Below are positions 27,301 to 39,300 of a stretch of 64,000 nt of DNA, one piece after another. Where the stretch lies: positions 18,104,001 to 18,168,000 of the forward strand of contig NW_024704747.1 in the NCBI RefSeq assembly GCF_018977255.1, given 5' to 3'. Below the pieces are notes generated by a model, which ran no database searches, was not told the DNA's origin, and saw only the letters and a program-made list of their open reading frames with translations. Both the position numbers and the translations under genes were made by a program. Each line of letters opens with the position of its first letter. Position 1 is the stretch's first letter. The stretch is from Callorhinchus milii (Eukaryota).

Positions 27301-30300
27301 TTCCTCCACCTCCGCCACATTGCCCGTCTCCGATAATACCTCACTCTACAAGCTGCCAAGACCCTTGTCCATGCCTTCGTTGCCTCTCGGCTGGATTACT
27401 CAAATGACCTCCTCACTGGTCTCCCCTCCTCCACTATTCACAAAATTCTAAACTCATCCAAACTCCGCCGCCCGAATTCTCACCCACACTCAGCACCCCG
27501 ATTTCCCCAAGTCTTGCCAAACTCAATTGGCTCCCTGTCACAGAGCAGATCAACTTCAAGATCCTCACTCTAGTGTTTAAATCCCTCCAAGCCTTGGCAG
27601 CCCCTATCTCTCCAACCTCCTCTCTCCTCACAGCACTACCCACTGCCTCCACTCTACTGACTCTGGCCTCCTCCTTGTCCCTCGAAACCTCCGCTCAACC
27701 ATCGGCGGCCTTGCCTTCAGTCATTACACCCCAAAGCTATGGAACTCCCTCCCTCAATCCCTTTGCCTTGCCCCCTCTTTCCCCATATTCAGGTTGTGCC
27801 TGAAGACCTCTTCGACCGCGCCTCTGGTCACCCTCCGCCTGGCTCGGCATCGGGCTCCATCATTTTTAATCGTTCTGGGACGCCGGCCTGGAGGGCGCTA
27901 TATATAAGTTATTGTTGTCTTCTTCATGTGAAAGGAACTATATCAAATGTAAAGATTATTAATATTATTTTTTTCTTATAGGGCGAAAAGGGTCAGTCCG
28001 GCATCTCTGGCGACCCCGGACCTCCTGGGCGGCAAGTAAGTATAATTTCAAACTGAGATTTTGAATGATCTTCTGTATTGTTGTCTCATTCCTTCCTTTC
28101 TAATTATTTGCTTGGCTTTTGTCTAGGGCGATCCAGGCATTGAGGGTCCGATTGGCTTCCCTGGTCCCAAAGTAAGTTCCAATTCCTCAGGGAACTGTCA
28201 CTGCTCTATGTAAATGTGACTATATATAAGCACAAGTTGTTGTTGTTGTCACTCAGCCATATCAGTTTAGAAGCCTTCAATGCGTGTTCTTTTCCAGTTA
28301 TGAAAGTGGTCGTTTCAGATTAGACCTTTATAGACACGTATAACATTTTTAATGTGATTGGGGGGAAAAAAAATCCTAACACGGATGCATAACATTAGGA
28401 TGCACCAATTCTGTAGTTCAAGAGGACACAGGCTTAGAGTTACTATGGGTAATTTCAGATCAGACACTAGGAAGATGTTATTTACCTAGAGGGTAATTAA
28501 CGACTGGAACAGGTTACCAGGAATGATGGTTGAGGTAAAAAAAAGGAACTCGATGCTGTGATGTGGGTCAGTAGGGTGAATATTCTGGAGAAATGAGATC
28601 AAATGGGCCGAAGGGTCTTGAGAATTAGTTGACTTGACTATGTACGTCCAGAGTATTTCTCAAGACAAATTAGTCTTGAGAAATACTCTGGAGGTATATA
28701 GTCAAGCTAAAAGTAGTACCAGTGATATCTGGTGCCTTCTGAGTAAGCCAAGGGTATAGAGAAGAATATGGATCTAGGACCAGATGGTGTAGTGGAGAAG
28801 CCAGCACCAGGTTAGCCTCAATGGCCCGAGTTGCCTCTTAATGCTGCAATTTCTATGTCTCTGGAATTCAGTGTGCCTCTCTGTTAATTTATATTTGTTT
28901 CCTTGCTGTCTCGTTGCAGGGTTTCCGGGGTATGAAAGGTGAAAAGGTAAGTGACGTCAGAAATCCAAGTTATTATCTCCGCCTTAAACAGTTTTTATTT
29001 CTCAAACACACTTCTTACCAGCATGCACCATTCACGAGCTCATCCGAAACTCTGCCGTTCGTGTCCTCATCTGAACCAAACTCCGCACATCCATCACCTG
29101 CTCATATCCTAATCTGTCTCCCTCTGTTCAGCTAACATAGGCATCCCCTGACCCCTCCATGCCACCATCGATGGCAAAGCCTTCAGCCACTACACCCGTA
29201 ACCTCTGAAACACTTTGCTTCAATCCCTTCACCTCTCCCTTCTTTATCTACTTTTAATTCCCACTTTAAGACCACTTCTATGGTCACCTTCCCCTCTGAC
29301 TTCTCTCTAGCTCGGCATCCAACCCCTACACTGCACTCCTAGACGCTATCTTGGGTGAAGGCTGCTGTAAAAATGCAAGTTGTTGTCGCTGTTTTTGTTT
29401 CGGGCCAACGTGGAGGCGCACTGAAGAATTACAGTGTTTCAGACACTTCCCGTGGCCCACCTCGCAGGAACCTTCTAACCAATGAAGTTACGTCTGTTGA
29501 GGATATTGCCATTAACTTGTCTTTTTTTTGAACCATTGCAGGGTGAACTGGGAACTGAAGGGAAGAAGGTAAAGATGTTTCCTTTCTCTCCAGTTGAACA
29601 TTTTGAAGCTTCGACACCTATTACATTTCTCTGACGCGTTATTCCTTGTAACCCATAGGGCATTGTTGGATTAATAGGCCGGGATGGGATTAATGGACAA
29701 AAGGTAAGGCCTTAAGGCAGAGGTGAGCATGACATGAGTATTAGGATTATACAATGAACACCGACCCGTTTCATGTACCCCCCCACAACCTGTCCCACCG
29801 TCCTCAAGCCCTCGAACTCGCCCCCTCCCTCACCTCATTCAAGTCTGTCTCAAAATGTACCTCTTTGACCACGCTTTCAGTCATCTTTCCCCTTCCTACA
29901 TCCCCCCCCGCCCGCCTTCTCCCACCCCCAACTCAGATGTCGGCTGCTCGGGAGAGAGGAGAGAAATGAAAAGGGGGGTGGAAAAAATTGGCAAAACAAT
30001 ATGTTTTGCAACATCTCCCGTAAAGATCCACAAGTTAATTTACGTTGAGGCTGAAATCCAGACATCATTACTCACTGAAGCTGCAGGCAAAGAGTTTCAA
30101 TTTTGAAACTGTGATGGCACAGCACTTTTGGGGATAGGAAAAGCATTGCAGAGTGAAAGTAAGTGTGTGCAAGTGTACATAAATGGGATCTGGGGTCTAT
30201 ACGTTGGTATGTGTTGGTGGGGAGATCAGAATTATTAATGAAATCCAAATGACTCTGCTTTTTGTTGTTGTTGAATTCAGGGAAAACTGGGACGTGTTGG

Positions 30301-33300
30301 ACCTCCTGGATGTAAAGGAGACTCTGGTGATATGGTAATTCTTTTCTCATCGTCACTGACTCCGAACGCTATATGACAGTGGCAGAGACAGGGTTGCGCA
30401 CTCTCTGATTGACCATATCGAGGTGCATGTTTCTTTTTACGCTGAGCTATTCTCAAAAGACAAACGATCATAGAATCATAGAATTATACAGCACAGAAGG
30501 CGGCCATTTGGCCCATCGTGTCTGTGCCGGGTCTTTGAAAAGAGCTATCCAAACAAACCTTGACAAAAGGGATGAAGAAACATTGATAATAAAGAAGATG
30601 TGAAGTAACAAGTGTTGTAGTGACTGTCAGTGAGGCAGTGCAGGAGTGAGTGGGTTGAGTCCCACACAAGGTAGGAATTGCAGATGTATCTTGAGGCAGC
30701 TATCAGAGATTCAGCGAGGATCTCAAGTGTTTCTAAACAAATCCATGGGTTCCTGGCATTTGCATTGGCAGCTCAGGAGTACTGAGAGGGGAGAGCGCTC
30801 AGTCACACGGGTCTGAAAATTGTCAGGAAGTCAGACACAGAAAAGGTCAATGTAAGATTGTATCCTGTCAGCCTGGCTCAGTTGGTAGCATTCTCGTCTC
30901 TTGAGTCAGAAGGTTCAAGAACCACGTCGGGACTTTGAGCTCATTTAGTGTAAGCTGACACTCCAATACGGTGCTGGGGGTGTGTTGCATTGTTGACACC
31001 AAGGTCCTGACTGCCCGTTAAGTTGGACGTCAAAAATCCCATGGCACTATTCAAAAAGAAGGGAGTTTCTCCTGTTGTCCCAGCCAACAGTGCCCCGGAT
31101 AAATGGTTATTTGTGGGACACTGCTATGTGCAAATTAGCTGCCGGATTTGCCTACAACATATACATTATTTTCTCACCATTACAACTCCGAAAGCTACAC
31201 TTGCGGTGTGTAACTAATCTCCCACTTTGACCTCAGGAGAACGTCACAAAAGTCCTCCTAATGTGAAAGACGCTGTATCAAATGTAAGGATTATGATGTG
31301 TGCGCAATGTTGCTGATGGATATCTGCTTTAATTGTCTCTTGTAGGGTATGCCTGGATACCATGGGAGAGTTGGTGAGAGGGGTTTGCCTGGTGACAATG
31401 GAACAAAGGTATGCTCACATTTTGTATGTAAAGCCACACTTTGACCACTCTGACTAACCTCTGTCTCAGGGACTCAAATATAACAAATGGGTCTGGCCTC
31501 CTGCCACTGGCTCCCGAGCTTCCAGCCATTATACACCCTCTTCTTGCCCAGCACGTATTGTGTTGTTCTTTACTCGGATAAACTTCATGCTGTGGTGGAT
31601 CCTTGTAACAATAATGCTAAACAGGAGGCCGTGCACTCACATGGTGTTGTACACAGAGACTCTGTACAGACTGGGCAGTAAAGTGGTCTGCTAAACGGGA
31701 ACCCCATTAACAGTGTGTTCAGAGAGACCACAGCAAGACCTGTGCCCTGTCCGGTCACAGCAGCAGTAAGTCAAGGTTACAGGGCGGGCGCAGTATTGAG
31801 CACTGCTGCGTTCTCTTTCAGGGCGACGAGGGACGGTCAGGGAGAAGTGGACCTCCCGGAAATCCTGGAGACAAAGGCGGAAAGGTAACTGATACAATTA
31901 ACCAGCGGCGCGAGCTGGTCACTATTTCAATGGCTGGTTTGACAAGAGGAGAGATGCTTAGTTAAAAACTGGGTGTGATTTGGTGGAGTTTAAATTCCCC
32001 AGAGCACAGGGCAATCCTCCCCCACGTTCAAACAGTGTAGTCCCAATTTCATATTCATTAGTGCAGTTGTACAGGGGCTACTATATGTTATTCATTAAAA
32101 GCTTGGGTAAAGTAAAATCTAATTTCTCACAACATTTAGTATTGATTTGGCAGATCTAGTCTAAACCAGGGCAGGGATTTGTCCCTCTTGGCTCCTGTTA
32201 ACCCTGTAAACCTAAGCCCTAACAGGTAGGGTGGTCCTCACTGGACAAGCAGCAGACCGCTTGCCAGACAGTGTTCCCAATGGCAAGCTACACGGTTTTA
32301 GCTGGTTAAACTCCAGCAGTTACCCCAACTCACATTTTGGGGTTTCAAGCTTTGGTTCTTGCCAACTTGCTTCTAATACTCTCCAAGATTAGTTAAGCAG
32401 GGTGTGTCCCTCAGAGAGAGAAATGGAAAAATTTCCATGTGCGTATGTGGAACTATCAGTCTAGTTTGGCTACTCTCAAGCAGGGTGATGGTTTGTTGTG
32501 TTTATCAGACACTTGGCTGACTGACAAAAATAAGGAAGAATGTGCAGATAATTTTATCACATTGCTGCCCATTGGTCTGATTGTTCCTCTTGTCTTTCCT
32601 CAGGGACCTAGGGGAAACCAAGGACGTTCAGGCCCAATGGGACAGAAGGGGCGAAAGGTAATGATATACATTCTGAAGAAAAGCACTGAAGAGCTCTCTG
32701 AATTCTGAGCTATGTATGTTTGAATTCCACCCAGCCTTAACCTGTAAGACCAATTTATCAGTTAAATTTTAAGATCACGCAAAAAATGGGAAAATATCTT
32801 CGTTTTGGCCTCAGTCTGGACACTGCTTCTTTTCAATGACTGTCCTTCCAAATCACAACTGAAATTTAAGAATTTTGCACAACTCTGCGTAATCTTAAAT
32901 TTTAAGATTCAAATGGTCTTACAGTTTAAGACTGAGGGGGTGAGGGTAGAGAGTGGGTCAGGCCTTAAAACAGCAGAGGTTTAACCTTAGGGCCTGGACT
33001 CACAAGATCACAAGTTTGGTCTGGATGAAGGAGGCCGTTCAGAACACCCATCCTACCATCCTCCGCATCACTGTATCAAGTTGCTTCTTAAATGAATCTC
33101 GTGACCTGGCTTCTACCACCTTTCCTGGCAACCTGTTCCAATCATTGATTATCCTCTGCGTAAATAAAATCCTTCTTGATATCTATCCTGAAATTGCCCT
33201 TACACCTCTAAACCTGTGTCCTCTTGTTCTATTGTCACGATACATCCTAAACTATTGATCTAGGTTTACTTTTTCAATCCTATTCAATATTTTATACACC

Positions 33301-36300
33301 TCTGGTGGAGGAACATGTGCTACGGTGCCTAACATCTATCTTAGCATTCTGAGATGCTACCCTGTGTGAAGAATGCTGGAGGAATGCAAGTTGTTGTGGA
33401 AAGGATCATCTGCAAAAGCACTTGCAGAAAATGAGAACTATTCCTCTCCACAATCTAGATCTTTTGATCTTTGCTAATTCCCAAAGGGAAGCACAATCTC
33501 AATTTTAATAACTGAAAATAAACACGTTTTGGGAAATGGCCAAGATGCTGGAGAATGCAGGCTATGATGTGTTGGGTTGTAAAGAGAGAACTTTATTACC
33601 AGCGCCCCTGGCCAACAGATAAAATTGGTCATTCACTTCATGGTTGTTGAGGACATGCTGTTGTCGCAGAAACAAAATTAGCTGCTGCATTCACCTCCAA
33701 ATATCTAGTCACCGGACTTTATAGATCCTGTGAATTGTCTTGAACTGACTTGCCAATGTGAATGCCTCTATACCAAATGAAAAGATTATTATTATCACTT
33801 CACATGACTGTCTGTCAGTGTAACTGAGTGTCAGTATGTAAAATGTTTTTGTTTTGTAGATGCACATTATAATCCCTTGAGCAGTGGATTCGTATTGACC
33901 AGTGCCTGGCGTTTATTGTATTTGCTTTTCTCCACAGGGCACTCCAGGATCCCCTGGCCCAGCTGGAGATGTGGTAAGTCTTTTGTTCTTTGAAGACGGT
34001 AGGATTTCAGAAGTAGACATGAGCATAAAGCCATAGACCTGCAGATTGCATCATGTAGAACAAGAGCAAGATTACTCGTGTTCTTACAAAAGATCAAACA
34101 TTGTGTGTCAGCCTGGCTCAGTTGGTAGCACTTTCGCTCTTGAGCCAGAAGGTTGTGGATTCAAGCCCCACAATGGGACTTTGAGCTCATAGTCCTGACT
34201 GATGTTCCAGTGCAGTGCTGGGGGTGTGCTGCCACTGTTGGAAGTGCCGTACTTCAGGTGAGAAGTTAAACCAAGGTCCCGTTGGCCTGTTGAGGTGAAC
34301 ATTAAACATTCCGTGGCACTATTTGAAAAGAGAAGGGAGATTACCCTGTGTCCTGATCAACAATCCACCGGTGAAAATTGGCCATTCACTTCATGGCTGT
34401 TTGTAGGACATTATTTTGAGTTTGCCTAAAAAATTGCTGCACTTTTGCCTACAAATCTTGTGAAGCTCTTTGAGATGGTACAAAGGCAATCTCAAGGCAA
34501 GGATTATTATAATTTCACACATCCCTCTTTACCTATTCTTGTGTTCAGCAAAAGCACCAACCCACTCATGCGCACACAAAAACCAGCATGGAAGAGAGTC
34601 TAGCTTGCACACACTCACACCGAGATCTGTTTCAATCAGGCCATGAAATGGCTTAAACTTTTTAAAGCTTGGCGCAGAGTGTACATCGGACGAGGCCTCC
34701 GTTCTGTATAGTCACAAGTCTGCTCATGATAAACATCTGCCACCCAGATAATCAACGCATTTCCTACATTTTCAGGCAGCTCGCAGCCCATGACAATAAA
34801 TCCACATTATCTCCCTTCAGATGTTTCATCCAGTAAGTCTCTACTCTGTCAACAGACTTTCTGGGACAGTAAAGCGAGGGGAGGAGATTATCCACCCATC
34901 CAAGGTGTTTTATAACATTAAAATCCCATTCCAGGGATAAACTTGTAACATTTTGTAACTGAATGGATGTCATCCCATCAGATCTGTTAGGAAATTTCAC
35001 AAATTTACCCCTACTAAGTGCAGACCACCACAATGGGTAACATTTTGGAATCCCGCCCAAGAAATGTGATTCTGAATAGCTACCTGATTGTAGTACATAA
35101 GGTACAAGTAATTGTAGACCAACCAACATCAGAATCTCATTGCCACTGTATAGAATACGGCTGGCAAATTCACAGTCACTGTAAAAGTTAAAGTAGATCC
35201 TGTGAATCACTTTGGGATGTTTCGACGACATGATAAGGTACTATATCAAATGCAAGAATTCTTATTTTTATTGAATGATCCAATCTCCTTCTTGTTTACT
35301 CTCATTACATAGGAGATCATTGGGCCAAATTCACATTATGTAGGATCTCTTAAGAACCAAACTGCTTCTCATCCACTTTGGTTACATGGAAAATCAAGCC
35401 AATTCCAGTTCACATTGTATATATTTTAATAAGTAGCCCATAAGTATTTTCCCCTTTATTCCCAGGTGGAATATCAGAGATTATATTTAATTAAATTCTA
35501 TGATCTATGAAATTGCTTTTTTAGTCATGTTCTTTCTCCCCAATCACTGAAGTATTGCCATTTAGCCCAATAAATGGTACTAACACATTAATTAGTGCCT
35601 CCTTCAATTTCTGAATATTTGCATTTCAATTGTTTTTTTTCAATTGACGCCTTGCCAAACTGATGGGGAAGTGCAGTGCTGAGGGAGCACAGCATTGTCG
35701 GAGGTAACTTCCTTCAGATGACACATTAAACCGAGGTCCTGTCTGCCTGTTCAGGCGGATGTTAAAGATCTTGCAACACTATTTCTAAAAGAGTCAGGAG
35801 TTTCTCCTGATTTCCTGACTGAAAATCCCCTGAATAAAATTGGTCACTCACTCCATAATTGTTTAAAAGCATAAAACTATAGAAATTTACAGCACAGAAG
35901 AAGGCCATTCAGCTCTCCTGCCTGTGCTGGCTCTTCTAACAGTAATTCTTTCGGTTCCATTTACCTGCCCTTTCCCCCAAATTCCTGTAGCTTACTACAC
36001 AAATTGGCTGCCATGTTCCTTTACAAAATACATAGTCACTGCACTTCACATAGTCTGTATGTGTATATCTATATAATATATCCTGTGTAGCGCTTTGAGA
36101 TGACCACCTGACATGAAAGACGTTATATCAAACGTAAGATTTATTATAATCCAATCACTTTAAAATCTCTTAAAACCTTCACATTAGGGTCGTAGAGGTG
36201 ACACAGGAGTCAAAGGTGCCCCCGGACCGGAAGGAAATGTGGGAGAAAAGGTAAGTGTTAATGCGTAAAAACTTTCCAATGCACAATGAGATGTCCTAAG

Positions 36301-39300
36301 GAATCTCAATCGAAAGAATAGCCACAAATTCCAAGGACATTGCCCTGTATTTGGGTTATTTAAATACAAGTTATAAAAGGGATACAGGGACAAAAATTGA
36401 GCCTGGGTTTAGATTTATTCTATTTTCCCATCTACCCCATTTATCTTCCACCCAGCCATGGCTTACACTTCCATCTCTGTCAGTGCTTTGAGATGTTCTT
36501 CAATGTGAAAGGCACTATTTAAGTGCAATTTGCTGTAAAGCTTAATAAGATCCTGTGGTACTATTCAAAAGAGAAGGCAGTTTCTCTCAGTGTCCTGGCC
36601 AACAATCTTCCCAAAAATAGAACTTGTCATTCAGTTTATGGCTGTTTGTGGGTTATTGCTCAGCGCAAATTGGCTTCCGCATTTGCCTATGAAATACAGT
36701 TACTACATGTTACAGTAAATCCCATGTAATCACTTTGAGATGCTGCAACAACGTGACAAGGTGCAGTATGAAATGCTAGGATTATTATTATTATTAAACT
36801 GAACGTTCAGACTTTTCGAAGTTTAACTGGTTAAATTGACTTCCTGTTCCTTTAGGGTGAAGCTGGAGTTGAAGGTCCCCGTGGATTCGCAGGCGAAGGT
36901 GGAATCGGAGGCGAGAAGGTAATGCACCACTTGTGATATCAAAAGCATGAAGTCAGTGGTAGTTAATTGATTGCTGGACTGTGTCTGACAGAATGTTACA
37001 GCCCAGAACCAGGCCACTCAGCCCATTAAACCTGCAATAGAGTTTTTCTCCACAAGACACTTGGCTCATCGGCAGACCAGTTATCGGGAACAGGGATTCT
37101 TCCCATTTGGCTCCTGTTAACCTTGCAAGTCAAAGCCCTAATGAGCAGCTTAGCTTAAGCATAGCTTGCCATTGAGAGCCAGACTGTCGGACACTCAGCT
37201 GACTCCCAAAAAAAGATCGGCACTCACTCTTTCTGTTGTTCCCTTTGTCCGCAGGGAGATGCGGGACTCCCAGGACCGAGGGGAGCCCCTGGCACAGTTG
37301 GTGTACCAGGAAAGAATGTAAGTATATTGTTGTAACTCTTTTATTCTATAAAGGTCTTTGAGCCCAGCGAGTAAACAGACGCAGCATCCAGTCTATCTCA
37401 GTATCAATGAACTACCCACAAAGCTGGATTGCAGTGGCAGTGGGTTTTATTTACTCTTAAAATTGGCTGCCACATTCACCTACAAAATACACAGTCATTA
37501 TGCTTTACAGTAAAAAAAACTGAAACGAGATATTGCGACGATATGATAAGATGCTGTACCAAATGTGAGGATTTTTAGTTTTATTATTATTATTAATGTA
37601 GGATTTCAGAGCATCCGTAAATTCTTGAATATGGTCATATTTTGAAGCTGCTTTTCTGTAAATTCTTTTAAGAACAGTGAGAAGCTTCAAAGCTAAACTG
37701 GATTCAGCAACTTGTCAAATTCTGGATGGTCTGAATTGATGCATAAATAGAACCAGGCTAGGCCCAGGTGGAATTTCTCATCCCAGCGATTTCCATGTGG
37801 TGTGTATGTAGCACTGTGTGAGTGGACTTGTTATATGGTGAGGGAAGAAAGGTGGGGGGGAAGAAATAGAACGAGGAAGGTTAAGGCAATGCAAAAGGGG
37901 AGAGGTTGCAGATCGCAGTGACAGGAGGGTTGCATCTTTCTGTTGTACGAACAAGAGATTACTCTTGTCCACTAAATGTAGCTTAGAATAGGGAAGTTTC
38001 CCACTTGGGTATAGCTACCAATGGCCTGATGCCCAGATAGAGAAGTTGCCTGTAATAATGCAACTGCTATGTTTCTGGTATGTTTGTCTATCGTCCTATA
38101 CAGACCACTGTCACAACCAGAACCCAATGGGTGATTGTGAATTTCTTTGTCAAACTTCCCGTCTCTAGTCTTAGAGGTCTGAAATTCCACCCAGTCTTAG
38201 CCCGGGAGACCTATTTAATACTGTACAAAATTATTGAAAATTCTTCAATTCAGCCTTAATATCCTATTAGAAACAGGGGGAAACAGCTTCCAAGTTAAGG
38301 ATTTTCCATATGATTCTACTTGGGAGCAAATAGCCTCACAGACTAAGACTAAGTGGAATTTCAGGGCTAAGTTCAATAAACTTGGTGCTGGTCAGCGAAT
38401 CGCTCCTGCAGTGGACTCCAGTAGAGCTTGTTCCTCTCAGGCACTCTCGCAGATCCCATAAAGTGGGCTTGACAGCATGTCTAAAATGGTGCCTTTGATC
38501 TTTGTCAGGGATCGCGTGGAGACCGTGGTGAGATTGGATCCAGAGGCGAGCAAGGACTGCTGGGCCCAAAGGTGAGCATTCTAGCGCAACAATGTACACC
38601 CTGCCGGGACCACCATCACAGCAGCAGCAGCAGCAACCTCAGGCCCTCAGTGTGATCCAGTGCATGTCACCACATTGATGCAGTGATGTCTACACTCCCT
38701 TCAGCTTGTACAATGATGACTGACCTCCCCTCATACAGTGATGACTAACCTCTCAGTTCATATTGTGAAGTGAGTTTAATGTGTGTGCATGTGTGTGCTG
38801 TTGCTGAGGATAACTCCACTGTTATTTGGTTGCTCCCTCTAGGGTGACAAAGGAAGACAAGGATTTAGTTTCCCAGGTCCCCGTGGAGAGCAGGTACATT
38901 TCTCTATTTTACCAGAGATAAAGAGGGTACTTTGGCCCATCTGACCTCATCCTTCCCAAACACCCACCCTACTATCCTCCCATCACAGCACCAACCTGAT
39001 TTTTTTAGAATGAGTCCAGTTTCCTGGCCTCAACTACTCTTCCTAGGAACCTTCCAATTATTAATTAACCTCTGGGTGAAGAAGATATACTGCCTGATAT
39101 CTGTCCTGAAGTTGCCCTTTGCAACTCTAAGCCTGTGACCTCTTGTTCTGTTGACTCGATGCATTCAGACCTAGTGTTCCGGGTTTACTTTGCCTGAGGA
39201 GCTGGGTGCTGGGAGTGTTTCCCAACGTCCATTGAGTCTGAACCCTAGAAGTGTTGAAAGGTACAACACAGAAGCGGGACATTATGCCTGCGCTGACTCA

